Below are positions 1 to 9,720 of a stretch of DNA of 64,000 nucleotides, piece by piece. Numbering within the stretch: the stretch's first letter is position 1; each line of letters opens with the position of its first letter. The stretch is from a candidate division CPR2 bacterium GW2011_GWC2_39_10 (lineage in GTDB: Bacteria > Patescibacteriota > CPR2): positions 57,290-121,289 of the forward strand of contig LBVV01000007.1 in assembly GCA_000993275.1 (NCBI GenBank). Reading direction: 5' to 3'. The position numbers were made by a program, and so were the translations under genes. The notes below the pieces were generated by a model, which was not told where the DNA came from, searched no databases, and saw only the letters and a program-made list of their open reading frames with translations.

Positions 1-442
1 AAAAGAATTCAAGACACAATTAGAAGAATATAAGAAATACAAAGAAGCGGCCGAACATTTAAAAGAAATTTTAGCAAAAGGTAAATTTTCTCGAAGTCCC
101 GGCGAAAGGCAATTTGATAAAGCCATTTTCTTTCACCCTCCCGGGACCGAATTAAAAGATTTAAGCCTTTTATTTCAACAAATCTTAAAAAAGATGCCGG
201 ACAAACCGCTGGAAGAAAAAACCATACAAAAACAAGTAACAATCGAGGAAATAATTGATCAAATTAATCATGCCCTAAAGAAAAATAAAACACTAAACTT
301 GCTTGATGAAATAAAAAAAGCAAAATCTAAAATCGAAATTGTGGTTTATTTTTTAGCAATACTGGAGCTAATAAAACAAAAGGCTATAAGGGTGATCCAA
401 AAGGAGAATTTTAATAATGCTGAAATTGAGGATTTGCGATGA
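1..442 (+). CDS. scpA: Segregation and condensation protein A, C-terminal part (5' end outside window)
   Basis: Frame open from base 2 (KEFKTQLEEYKKYKEAAEHL...); C-terminal 'IVVYFLAILELIK' ScpA motif; overlaps scpB. Confidence 0.9.
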   Translation, partial: KEFKTQLEEYKKYKEAAEHLKEILAKGKFSRSPGERQFDKAIFFHPPGTELKDLSLLFQQILKKMPDKPLEEKTIQKQVTIEEIIDQINHALKKNKTLNLLDEIKKAKSKIEIVVYFLAILELIKQKAIRVIQKENFNNAEIEDLR

Positions 443-939
443 ATATTAAAGAGATAATTGAAAGCCTGCTCTTAGTCGCAAATAAGCCCGTCAGTCCTTC
501 TGAGCTAGCAGATATACTAAAAACCGATGCAGGGAGCGTTCTGGGGGCTTTAAATAGCCTTATGGATGATTATAAGGATAGGGGCATCAATATTATTCAA
601 CACGACAATGAGTACGAAATGATTACGAACCCCTCTAACGCTAAATTCGTGAGCTTGTTTTTAAACGAGGAAACCAGAAAAGATTTAAACCAAGGCGCTT
701 TGGAGACATTGGCTATTGTTATATATAAACAGCCGGTTACAAAAAGTGAAATAGAAAATATAAGAGGCGTTAACTCGGATTATGCAGTTAGATCTCTGCT
801 TATTCGCGGAATAATTGAAGAAAAAGGACGAAAAGAATCTTTGGGTAAGCCCATTTTATACGGCACAAATTCAAACCTATTAAAACATTTTGGCATAAAA
901 TCCTTAGACGAACTACCCAAAACCGAGGATAAAAAATGA
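439..939 (+). CDS. scpB: SMC-Scp complex subunit ScpB
   Basis: 'ALETLAIVIYKQPVTKSEIENIRGV' and 'GKPILYGT' motifs. Confidence 0.95.
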   Translation: MNIKEIIESLLLVANKPVSPSELADILKTDAGSVLGALNSLMDDYKDRGINIIQHDNEYEMITNPSNAKFVSLFLNEETRKDLNQGALETLAIVIYKQPVTKSEIENIRGVNSDYAVRSLLIRGIIEEKGRKESLGKPILYGTNSNLLKHFGIKSLDELPKTEDKK

Positions 940-951
940 TTAAGGCTATTT

Positions 952-1638
952 ATGGAAAGAATTAATAAGTACTTAGCCAAATGTAACCTTGGTTCAAGAA
1001 GAAAAGTTGAAAAATATATTGAAAATGGGCAAATCTTTATCGATGGAAAAAAAGCTTCTTTAACGGATATTGTTAGCCCGAACAATGTCATAACTCTTGA
1101 CGACAAACCGTTACTGGCAAAAAAATTCGAATACGTTTTAATTAATAAACCAACCGGTTATGTAACTACCGTTAAAGATAATCATGCGAAACAAATAATT
1201 ATCGATTTACTGCCGCAAAACTTACGTCATCTAAAACCAGTTGGAAGGTTGGACAAGGAAACCTCTGGCTTAATACTTTTGACCAATGACGGGAATTTGG
1301 CAAACAAACTTACGCACCCAAGATATGAAAAAGAAAAAGAATACGAAGTAAAAACAAAACCGGAATTTACCGAAACCGCACTGGAAAAAATGTCGAGCGG
1401 TTTTGAACTTGAAGATGGATTTATAAAGCCAAAAAAATTTGAGATAAAAAATGGCAAAATATATATCACCATCTCAGAAGGTAGAAACAGACTTATAAGA
1501 CGAATGTTTTCCTATTTTGGCTTTGAAGTGATAGAATTAAAGAGAACAAGAATATCATTTTTAAAACTTGGCCATTTAAGAGAAGGCGAGTTTATACACC
1601 TAAGCAATAAGGAGATTTGCAAATTAAAAGATGAGTAA
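952..1638 (+). CDS. RsuA/RluB-family rRNA pseudouridine synthase
   Basis: N-terminal S4 domain, 'NKPTGY', catalytic 'GRLDKETSGL', 'EGRNRLIRRM'. Confidence 0.93.
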   Translation: MERINKYLAKCNLGSRRKVEKYIENGQIFIDGKKASLTDIVSPNNVITLDDKPLLAKKFEYVLINKPTGYVTTVKDNHAKQIIIDLLPQNLRHLKPVGRLDKETSGLILLTNDGNLANKLTHPRYEKEKEYEVKTKPEFTETALEKMSSGFELEDGFIKPKKFEIKNGKIYITISEGRNRLIRRMFSYFGFEVIELKRTRISFLKLGHLREGEFIHLSNKEICKLKDE

Positions 1639-2542
1639 CCTTCTTATCACATTATTCATAGCTTCAGACTTGTTGTTGCCTTCGACATGGGCAAAAAACA
1701 TTCAGGAAAAGTATGTTAGCTTGGACTCTGATACAAAAACCCAAAAGACCATACCTACCAAAGGCATACAAATTGAGCTATCAAATTTACCGATAAAAAA
1801 TTCTGAACAAATTTTTTATACTAATCTTAGCGACACTATTTATGCGATAGACTTGAATACTAATTCTGTTCTTCTTGATAAAAATAGTTCTTCAAAAGTT
1901 CCGATGGCCAGCTTAACCAAGCTGATGACCGCTTATCTTGCCTTCGAAAACCTCAAGTTGGATGATATCGCTATGGTTTCTCAATATAGTCTTGCTTCGG
2001 AAGAATCATATATGGGGTTGTTCCCCGGTGAAAAGATTTCCATTAGGGATCTGCTTTATGGCCTTTTGGTGGAATCAGCAGGAGACGCTGCCATTATTCT
2101 TGGCAGGGAAATAAGCGGCACCGACTTAAAGTTTGTTACCAAAATGAACGAAACTGCCAAAAAAATAGGTTTGTTGTCAACTAATTTTGAAAATCCGAGC
2201 GGAATGGACTCGAAATTTCACTATTCCAGTGCCAGAGACTTGGCCACAATTACAAGAATATTGCTTAATGACAGCGAGTTCAAAAATATTGTTAAAACAA
2301 AGGAATTTGATGCTAAATCAACCTCGGGCTATATACATCATCTTGCAAATACTAATAAATTGTTAGATAATGATATGATTTTCGGAGTTAAAACCGGAAA
2401 AACAAATTTGGCAGGAGAATGCCTCATTACACTTGCCAGGTTGAAAAATCATGATATTCTCATAGTTGTTATGGGTTCTAAAAACCGCTTTCTCGAAACT
2501 AATAATATTATTTCATGGATCAATAACGTATATGTCTGGTAA
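1631..2542 (+). CDS. D-alanyl-D-alanine carboxypeptidase (peptidase S11)
   Basis: SxxK 'ASLTK', 'SAGDAA', 'KTG'; hydrophobic N-terminus. Confidence 0.9.
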   Translation: MSNLLITLFIASDLLLPSTWAKNIQEKYVSLDSDTKTQKTIPTKGIQIELSNLPIKNSEQIFYTNLSDTIYAIDLNTNSVLLDKNSSSKVPMASLTKLMTAYLAFENLKLDDIAMVSQYSLASEESYMGLFPGEKISIRDLLYGLLVESAGDAAIILGREISGTDLKFVTKMNETAKKIGLLSTNFENPSGMDSKFHYSSARDLATITRILLNDSEFKNIVKTKEFDAKSTSGYIHHLANTNKLLDNDMIFGVKTGKTNLAGECLITLARLKNHDILIVVMGSKNRFLETNNIISWINNVYVW

Positions 2543-3872
2543 AAATAACAAAAAACCTATTGTAACAATCGTGGGCAGGCCAAACGTTGGCAAGTCTTCT
2601 TTGTTTAATAGAATTATTGGTCAAAGAACCGCTATTACCTCTGATGTAGCAGGCACAACTAGAGATCGAATATATGAAGATGTTGAATGGAAAAATACAA
2701 GTTTCATGCTGGTCGATACGGCGGGAATCGATAAAGACATTGAGGGCGAACTAGCCGAAAATATTCAGGATCAAATAAATTTTGCCCTTGATGAGGCTGA
2801 TTTTTTTATCTTTATGGTTGAGGCCGGAACAGAAATAACTATCGAGGACGAGAAAGCCGCCCAGATATTAAGAAAGAAAAAGAAGCCTTATATTTTAGTT
2901 GCCAATAAAGCAGATAATCAGGAACTTGAGAATTCCATAGTGAATTTTTATAAACTTGGACTTGGGGAACCAATTGGCGTTTCGTCAATTCATGGAAGAG
3001 GAGTAGGAGATTTTCTAGACTTGTTGGTGCAAAAGATAAAGAAAATCCCGGGAAAACCAATTGAGCCTAAAACGACTGATATTGTCGTTGCTTTACTTGG
3101 CAGGCCGAATGTAGGCAAATCGTCCATACTTAATAAATTATCGGGGCAGGGCATTGCAATTGTCTCCGAAGTTCCCGGAACCACGCGTGACGTAAACGAA
3201 GCCATAATTAAAAAAGACGATAAAAAAATTTTACTCATTGATACGGCAGGTATCAGGAAGAGCGGGAAGATTGAAACGGGAATTGAAAAATATAGCGTTT
3301 TAAGGTCTCTCAAAGCCGCCGAAAGGGCAGACATTGTACTTCTTGTACTTGATGCCACTGAGGGCGCTGTGGCTAAAGATTTAAGCATTGCCGGTATGGT
3401 TAAGGAAATGGGCAAAGGCCTTATTATCGTTGTAAATAAGTGGGATGCTATCGAAAAAGATGAACAGCCCATGGACCAGTATTTAGCGATGCTTCGAGAT
3501 AAATACGATTTTGTGAGCTGGTCGCCCGTGATTTTCGTCTCGGCTTTAACCGGAAAAAATTTGGATAAAATAGGCTCGCTCATAGAATCTGTCAGCGAAA
3601 ATAGGGAAATTAAAATTCAAACGTCCAAAGTAAATAATTTGATTGAGAAGATTACCACTAAAAGGCCTCCGGGAATAAAAAGGGGAACAAGGCCGAAAAT
3701 TTTTTACGCAACGCAAACCGGTACTGCTCCGCCGGAATTTACTTTGTTTTGCAATTATCCCGAATATATTCATTTTTCTTATATTAGATACTTGGAAAAT
3801 AGCTTTAGAAAGGAAGCTGATTTTACCGGAACTCCAATTAAGATAGTATTAAAAAAGAGGCAGAGCAAATGA
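2532..3872 (+). CDS. der: Ribosome biogenesis GTPase Der (EngA)
   Basis: Two GRPNVGKS P-loops with GTTRD, DTAG and NKxD; likely start ATG 2532. Confidence 0.97.
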   Translation: MSGKNNKKPIVTIVGRPNVGKSSLFNRIIGQRTAITSDVAGTTRDRIYEDVEWKNTSFMLVDTAGIDKDIEGELAENIQDQINFALDEADFFIFMVEAGTEITIEDEKAAQILRKKKKPYILVANKADNQELENSIVNFYKLGLGEPIGVSSIHGRGVGDFLDLLVQKIKKIPGKPIEPKTTDIVVALLGRPNVGKSSILNKLSGQGIAIVSEVPGTTRDVNEAIIKKDDKKILLIDTAGIRKSGKIETGIEKYSVLRSLKAAERADIVLLVLDATEGAVAKDLSIAGMVKEMGKGLIIVVNKWDAIEKDEQPMDQYLAMLRDKYDFVSWSPVIFVSALTGKNLDKIGSLIESVSENREIKIQTSKVNNLIEKITTKRPPGIKRGTRPKIFYATQTGTAPPEFTLFCNYPEYIHFSYIRYLENSFRKEADFTGTPIKIVLKKRQSK

Positions 3873-4423
3873 TATTAATTCTGGGACTTGGAAATCCGGG
3901 CAAAGATTATGAGAAAACAAGGCATAATGCCGGTTTTATGTTTTTGGACGCACTTGCTTCAAAATACAGTTTAAGCTTTTCTTTTAATAAAAAATTTAAT
4001 GCTCAAATAGTTGGTACGTCCATTGAAGGAGAGGACATTATATTTGTTAAACCGCAAACCTATATGAATTTATCCGGCAATGCAGCATTGAAAATTGCTA
4101 ATTATTACAAAATACCGGCAGAAAAAATTTGGGTTATTTATGATGATGTGGACTTAACACTTGGCAAAATTAGAACTAGGCAAAGTGGTTCCTCCGGCGG
4201 ACACAAGGGAATTGATTCCATAATCGATAATTTAAATAACGATAATTTTTTCAGAATAAGAATAGGCATTAAGACAGAAAGTCTTGACCAAATCCCAACC
4301 GAGAAATATGTTCTTGGAAAACTCACGAAAGCAGAACAAGAAATTATTAATACTTCTTTTAATAAGCTGTTCGACCTCATTATATCTTTTATAAAAGATG
4401 GGCCAGGGAACATAAGCGCCTAA
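3869..4423 (+). CDS. pth: Peptidyl-tRNA hydrolase
   Basis: 'GLGNPG', 'TRHNAG', 'KPQTYMNLSG', 'GGHKG'. Confidence 0.96.
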   Translation: MILILGLGNPGKDYEKTRHNAGFMFLDALASKYSLSFSFNKKFNAQIVGTSIEGEDIIFVKPQTYMNLSGNAALKIANYYKIPAEKIWVIYDDVDLTLGKIRTRQSGSSGGHKGIDSIIDNLNNDNFFRIRIGIKTESLDQIPTEKYVLGKLTKAEQEIINTSFNKLFDLIISFIKDGPGNISA

Positions 4424-4459
4424 ACAAAAAGAAAGACCCCGCTTACGCGGGGTCTTTCT
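4424..4459 (-). terminator. Intrinsic terminator (13-bp stem, U-tract on minus strand; may also serve pth)
   Basis: agaaagaccccgc-ttac-gcggggtctttct with adjacent A-run on plus strand. Confidence 0.85.
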
Positions 4460-4660
4460 CGAGTTTGCAAAGGCCTCCCAAAATACAACAACTGTCAAAT
4501 TGACTTGATCTGCCTCTATAAAATTATTAGGCAGACGTGTTGCTGGGAGAATTATACTAACGAGTGGCCTCAAGGAGGGTGGTTAAGGTCCCGCTCGTTA
4601 GCAGGATTCTCCAAACAACTGGAGGGTTTGCTTATCAAATTACGGTTTTTTTACAACCGT
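4424..4660 (-). ncRNA. Candidate structured small RNA (~235 nt), family not recognised
   Basis: Own promoters and terminator, no credible ORF; closing stem plus long hairpin with CCACCCUCC loop; more mismatches resolve as G-U on the minus strand. Confidence 0.7.
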
Positions 4661-4666
4661 CAAGAA

Positions 4667-4765
4667 ATTTTATCAAACCGTTATTCTTTTGTCAACTATT
4701 TTTAGAAAAATCTATCAACCAGTTGATTGATAGAGCATCATAGCAAATAATTTCAATTATGTCAA
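4667..4765 (-). promoter_or_regulatory. Two tandem sigma70 promoters facing the candidate sRNA
   Basis: TTGACA(4765-4760)-17-TATGAT(4742-4737) and TTGACA(4695-4690)-17-TAAAAT(4672-4667), both with TGn extended -10. Confidence 0.8.
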
Positions 4766-4793
4766 GCACTTTTTTAACAAAAATTTTTTACAT

Positions 4794-4826
4794 AAAAAAG
4801 GGAGTTTCTTGTTACGGAAACTCCCC
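4794..4826 (-). terminator. Intrinsic terminator after the 4840-6212 gene pair
   Basis: gggagtttc/gaaactccc stem followed by T-run on minus strand. Confidence 0.8.
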
Positions 4827-4839
4827 GGATAGCTATACG

Positions 4840-5379
4840 CTACCTTACACCCTTATCTGAGAGATATCGATCGTCATACTTACTCACAATGTGGTTGCGT
4901 CTTTTTTCGATCTTTTCACTATTGCTCGCATCTATGGCATCGGCTTGCTTTAATTGCTTTGCTTTTTTCTCCGCCGAGTCTAGCTTTTGCATTTCCTCTT
5001 TTAACCTGTCATCCAGCTTCTTTCTACTTATGATTCTACTCATATGGCTAAGACTATTATAGATTTCTCTAATTTCATCGACAGTTTGCCATACGAATGA
5101 CCACAAGAGAGAAAACATGGCTTTGAAAACAAAGGCAACGGAAGTTAAGAGCACCACGCATATAAAATGCACAGCCGGTCTCTTGCCATACCTTCTGCTC
5201 CAAAGGTACATAAGCAGAATGATAAGAAGCGGTATCATAAACTTTGTCAGCGCAATTACTGCCGGACCAAAAAATTTATGACCAAAAATTGCTTCTAGCG
5301 GCTGGTTAAACAGATTGTCCGCAAGAATGTTAAAGTCCTCCCATACCATTTTTGTTGCAGAAAAAAACATACTTTTCAT
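4840..5379 (-). CDS. Hypothetical membrane protein (2 TM plus coiled-coil tail)
   Basis: 179-aa ORF, two hydrophobic segments, charged C-terminus. Confidence 0.65.
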   Translation of the reverse strand: MKSMFFSATKMVWEDFNILADNLFNQPLEAIFGHKFFGPAVIALTKFMIPLLIILLMYLWSRRYGKRPAVHFICVVLLTSVAFVFKAMFSLLWSFVWQTVDEIREIYNSLSHMSRIISRKKLDDRLKEEMQKLDSAEKKAKQLKQADAIDASNSEKIEKRRNHIVSKYDDRYLSDKGVR

Positions 5380-5396
5380 TTTAATCCCTTACCTTT

Positions 5397-6212
5397 CTAG
5401 TGGATTCCTATCTTTTTCGCGGCCACCCATGGCCTAAATGAACATTTCCAGTTAGAATAAACAATTCTGCTAAAAGCAACATTTATTACCGGATCATAAA
5501 GGTCATACAAGGTTAGCCCATACTTTTGCATAACTAGCTTCTGCCACCTCAAATTTATTTGAGTAACTCCAAAGTCTAAACATCCGCCGTGATTTAACTC
5601 ATAAGGAAGACCGCTAGACTCTCGCCAAAATACCGAGATAGCATCCGCCGAATTGTACGGATAATATAACCTTATCAAGGGCTTTAGCGCGTTCATTTCG
5701 GGCGTAGATCCGGCAATATCCTTTTTTAGGATACTCCTTGCGTGTTGTTTTTTCGCCAGATTTAAAGCAACCAAATGAAGTCTTAATCTTTTCTTTCCCA
5801 GTTCAGACTTATCCTGCTCAAGCATAGCCGTTAGATCTGCTTCATAGTTGTCTGCACAAATAGCAGAGATTTTTGACAGCTCTTTTAAGCCTGCTACTAC
5901 TGCCGCTTTTTCTTTTTCATTGCTAGTTTGCCTTAAGTGGCTTTTATGAAAGGAACTTATTTTGATATGAGCTTCATATCTTCTTAGGTACAAGGACAAG
6001 TCATATTTCTGCTGTGCTTTCCTTTCTTCCTTCGCAAACACTACATTGATTCTTGCTTTTTCAGCTTTTTTTCCACTAGTGTCTGATTTTGCCACTTCCA
6101 CCGGAACATGTTTCACTTCCTGCTTTTTTTCGCCAATTGCAGTTTGACCATAAGCAAACGCGCTCGCGAAAAAGACGGCTACAAAAACAAAAATTTTTGC
6201 CGAGCAATCCAT
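5397..6212 (-). CDS. Secreted protein with C-terminal lysozyme-like/lytic transglycosylase (SLT-type) domain
   Basis: Start ATG 6212 after AAGGAGGTG; signal peptide; 'RESSG', 'GVTQIN', 'LYDPVIN' motifs. Confidence 0.75.
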   Translation of the reverse strand: MDCSAKIFVFVAVFFASAFAYGQTAIGEKKQEVKHVPVEVAKSDTSGKKAEKARINVVFAKEERKAQQKYDLSLYLRRYEAHIKISSFHKSHLRQTSNEKEKAAVVAGLKELSKISAICADNYEADLTAMLEQDKSELGKKRLRLHLVALNLAKKQHARSILKKDIAGSTPEMNALKPLIRLYYPYNSADAISVFWRESSGLPYELNHGGCLDFGVTQINLRWQKLVMQKYGLTLYDLYDPVINVAFSRIVYSNWKCSFRPWVAAKKIGIH

Positions 6213-6284
6213 TTTACACCTCCTTTTCAATGTCCCATCTTTTTTACTGGAAAAAATCCATGGCTTTACTGGACTTTTTTCAAT

Positions 6285-6476
6285 AAAAAAAAGCAAGCTT
6301 AAACGAAAGCCTGCTACTTTTAAAAAGGGTAACAAAAAAACGACCGGTTTCACCACTAGCTACCTGCGACCATAAGGTGACCATATATATGTCGCGGGTC
6401 ATAGCTTTCGTTAGAATAATTGAACTAAATTGTTAATAAACATAACTACATTAACATAAAAGTATTTTTGTGTCAA
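6285..6476 (-). promoter_or_regulatory. Promoter plus attenuator/riboswitch-like leader of the transglycosylase gene
   Basis: TTGACA-17-TAATGT near 6476-6448; hairpin 6358-6406; terminator with U-run 6285-6315; antiterminator complement 6404-6412. Confidence 0.55.
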
Positions 6477-6500
6477 TGCTTTTTATGATATTATATTTTT

Positions 6501-7580
6501 ATGGACAAAAAAGATAAGGAAATTTTAATAACAATTGATAAGATGCAACTTTTTTCGCCATCGACTTTTTTAAAATTACTCGAATATTTTAAATCAGTAA
6601 GAAATATCTGGAATGCGCCCAAGCAAACATTAAGACAATGCGGCCTTATTAAAGAAAAAGAAATTAATATTTATTTTGACCAAAAAAAGATTATCGAACC
6701 TTTTGGAATTGTAAAAACACTTAGCGAAAAAAATATTAATGCAGTTTCATTATTTGATGCGGATTATCCGGAAAAACTGAAAAATATATCCGATCCGCCA
6801 ATTGTACTGTATATAAGAGGTGCGCTTAATTTCGAACCCAAAATACCCGCTATTGGAATTGTAGGATCCAGAAAAGCCACCTTAGACGGGAGGATAATAA
6901 CAAAAGAAATTGCCGCCACTCTGGCTAGAACCGGAATGGTAATCGTTTCCGGACTGGCAGAAGGAATTGACAGTGAGGCTCACCGCGGGTGTTTGGAGGC
7001 AAGAGGCAAAACCATTGCTGTTCTCGGTACACCCATAGACCGCATTTATCCAGCACACAACCTTGCTTTGGCAAGCAAGATTCTTACTACCGGGGGTACC
7101 ATTGTTTCGGAATATCCCCCTGGAATTCGCACACAAAGATACCATTTTGTAGGAAGAAATCGAATAATTGCAGCCCTAAGTGACGGGGTACTTTTAGTTG
7201 AAGCGGCTGAAAAATCCGGTGCTTTAATTACGGCGGATTTTGCCCTGGATTTTGGGAAGGATGTTTACAGCGTTCCGGGAAGCCCCTTAAGTCTTAACTC
7301 AAAAGGAACAAATAACTTAATTAAAATGGGAGCAAAGCCGGTTACTCGAGCTGAGGATATTTTAGAAGATTATATTTTGCCAACTAACCAAACTTCAAAA
7401 GAACAAGACCTGTCAGATGAAGAAAGGGAGCTATTGTCGGCTCTCATCACACCTTTGGGTATAGAAAAATTGGCAATGCAACTAAATCAGCCGATCTCTA
7501 AAATAAGCGTCTTAATTTCATGCATGGAACTTAGGGGGCAAATAAAAAACATAAACGGCGTAATTTATCCGTCTAAGTAA
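6501..7580 (+). CDS. dprA: DNA-processing protein DprA
   Basis: 'DPPIVLYIRG', 'IVGSR', 'IVSGLAEGIDSEAH', 'RNRIIAALS'. Confidence 0.96.
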   Translation: MDKKDKEILITIDKMQLFSPSTFLKLLEYFKSVRNIWNAPKQTLRQCGLIKEKEINIYFDQKKIIEPFGIVKTLSEKNINAVSLFDADYPEKLKNISDPPIVLYIRGALNFEPKIPAIGIVGSRKATLDGRIITKEIAATLARTGMVIVSGLAEGIDSEAHRGCLEARGKTIAVLGTPIDRIYPAHNLALASKILTTGGTIVSEYPPGIRTQRYHFVGRNRIIAALSDGVLLVEAAEKSGALITADFALDFGKDVYSVPGSPLSLNSKGTNNLIKMGAKPVTRAEDILEDYILPTNQTSKEQDLSDEERELLSALITPLGIEKLAMQLNQPISKISVLISCMELRGQIKNINGVIYPSK

Positions 7581-7611
7581 ACGCTTGCCACCACATCAAA
7601 TAATATAAAAC

Positions 7612-9705
7612 TTGACGAAATTTAAAATATATTTAATAGTTGAATCACCGGCGAAAGCTAAAACAATTGAAAGATTTTTGGGACCCGATTATAAGGTTAA
7701 GGCCAGCTTTGGGCATATAAGAGACCTTCCAAAATCCAAGCTTGGCATTGATGTCGATAAAAATTTTAAACCCACCTATATCATTCCCAAGAAAGCTCAA
7801 AAAGTCGTCACTGATCTTAAGAAAGAAGTTGAAAAGGCAGAAACTGTTTTTCTGGCAACAGACCTTGACAGAGAAGGGGAGGCTATTTCCTGGCACATAC
7901 TTAAAGCTACCGGCCTTGACCATACTAGCGATAAAGCGAAAAGAATCACTTTCCATGAGATCACAAAAGAAGCTCTAACCGACGCTGTGTCTCACCCCAG
8001 AAAAATCAATAAGGACCTGGTTGACGCCCAGCAAGGTAGGCGTATCTTAGATAGACTTGTTGGATATAAGCTAAGTCCCTTGCTTTGGGCTAAAGTAAAA
8101 AGAGGGCTATCGGCAGGCAGAGTGCAATCCGTTGCATTGCGGCTCATCGTCGAAAGGGAAAGAGAAATAGAGGCTTTTAAGCCCGAGGAATATTGGTCAA
8201 TTGGGGCACTTCTGAAAGCTAAAAAGGGAGAAATTACCGCTTTTGTACAAAGCTTTAAAGGCAAAAAGATAGACGTAAAAAATGAAAAAGAAGCCCAAAA
8301 AATTGTTGACGATCTCGAGAAATCTACTTTTAAAGTCAAGTCTGTGACAAAAAAAGAAGTAAATCGAAATCCGGTTGCGCCATTTATAACTTCAACCCTG
8401 CAACAAGATGCCGGAAGAAAATTGAGTTTTAGCGCTAAAAAAACTATGATGCTGGCTCAACAGCTATATGAGGGAATTGAAATTGGAGAGAAGGGAAACA
8501 CCGGACTTATAACCTACATGAGAACGGATAGCACAAGTCTTTCCGATCAGGCAATAATTAAAATTAGGAACTTAATTGAAACTAAGTACGGCAAAGAATA
8601 TCTTCCGGAAAAAGTAAAAGTTTATAAAAAAGTAAAAGCTGCTCAAGAAGCACACGAGGCAATAAGACCAACCTATCCGGAACTTGAGCCGGAGATTATA
8701 AGTCAACACTTAACAAAAGATCAGCTAAAACTCTATACGCTTATTTGGAAAAGAGCAATCGCTTGCCAAATGGCATCAGCAAAAATGGAACAAACGGCAA
8801 TAGATATTGAAGCATCAGACTACGCACTTAGAACTAATGGAAACAGAATCACATTTCCCGGATTTATTAAAGTCTATGAAGAAAGTCATGCAAGAGAGGA
8901 AGAAGAAGAGAAGAAGGCCCTTCCCGAAATCGAAATCGGCGAGATGTTAAAACTACTGGAATTACTTCCGAATAAACATTTTACTCAACCACCCGCCAGA
9001 TATTCGGAGGCTAGTCTAATTAAGGTTTTGGAGGAAGAAGGAATCGGCCGTCCCTCAACTTACGCACCGACCCTAAGCACATTGAAGGATAGGGACTATG
9101 TTCAAATAATTGACCGCAAGCTAATTCCGCAAGAAATTGGATTTATAGTTTCCGATTTACTTACCAAAAATTTTTCCAATATCATAAATATTACTTTTAC
9201 AGCTCAGATGGAGAAAGAACTTGATGATGTTGCCGAAGGGGGGACAAAATGGCAAGACGTAATTAAACATTTTTGGGAACCATTCTCCAAACAACTGGCC
9301 GAAAAGAGTGAATCTATAGAAAGAGTGGAGATACCGCCGGAGTTAGTTGAAGAAAAATGTCCCGAATGCGGCAAGCAATTAGCTATTAAAAAAGGTAGGT
9401 TTGGAACTTTTCTTGCTTGTTCCGGGTGGCCGGAATGTAGCTTTACAAAGCCATTTTCTATTCCGCTTGATATAAAATGTCCTAAATGCAACGAGGGCGA
9501 CATAGTCGAGAAAAAAAGTCGAAAAGGTAAAATATTCTTCGGATGCTCCAAATGGCCCGAATGCGATTTTGCCAGCTGGGATAAACCGGTTAACAAAAAA
9601 TGCCCCGAATGTCAGACATTAATGGTTGAAAAGGGAAAAAAGATCGTTTGTCCAAATTGTAAATTTGTAGACGCAAAAAATGATGATGAAAAAGAAAATT
9701 TGTAG
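7612..9705 (+). CDS. topA: DNA topoisomerase I
   Basis: 'IVESPAKAK', 'SAGRVQS', 'ITYMRTDS', C-terminal C4 zinc ribbons. Confidence 0.97.
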   Translation: MTKFKIYLIVESPAKAKTIERFLGPDYKVKASFGHIRDLPKSKLGIDVDKNFKPTYIIPKKAQKVVTDLKKEVEKAETVFLATDLDREGEAISWHILKATGLDHTSDKAKRITFHEITKEALTDAVSHPRKINKDLVDAQQGRRILDRLVGYKLSPLLWAKVKRGLSAGRVQSVALRLIVEREREIEAFKPEEYWSIGALLKAKKGEITAFVQSFKGKKIDVKNEKEAQKIVDDLEKSTFKVKSVTKKEVNRNPVAPFITSTLQQDAGRKLSFSAKKTMMLAQQLYEGIEIGEKGNTGLITYMRTDSTSLSDQAIIKIRNLIETKYGKEYLPEKVKVYKKVKAAQEAHEAIRPTYPELEPEIISQHLTKDQLKLYTLIWKRAIACQMASAKMEQTAIDIEASDYALRTNGNRITFPGFIKVYEESHAREEEEEKKALPEIEIGEMLKLLELLPNKHFTQPPARYSEASLIKVLEEEGIGRPSTYAPTLSTLKDRDYVQIIDRKLIPQEIGFIVSDLLTKNFSNIINITFTAQMEKELDDVAEGGTKWQDVIKHFWEPFSKQLAEKSESIERVEIPPELVEEKCPECGKQLAIKKGRFGTFLACSGWPECSFTKPFSIPLDIKCPKCNEGDIVEKKSRKGKIFFGCSKWPECDFASWDKPVNKKCPECQTLMVEKGKKIVCPNCKFVDAKNDDEKENL

Positions 9706-9720
9706 GAATCTGCAGAACCG

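Noticed and set aside
4637-4663. Possible third promoter TTGACG...TAATTT
   Set aside because: Spacer is only 15 nt and the segment forms a 5' hairpin instead
4232-4705. Short ORFs 4232-4573 (-) and 4505-4705 (+)
   Set aside because: They cross pth, the terminator and promoters, with no SD or motifs; the region is better explained as ncRNA
6213-6356. N-terminal extension of ORF 5397-6356
   Set aside because: Strong SD and signal peptide place the start at 6212
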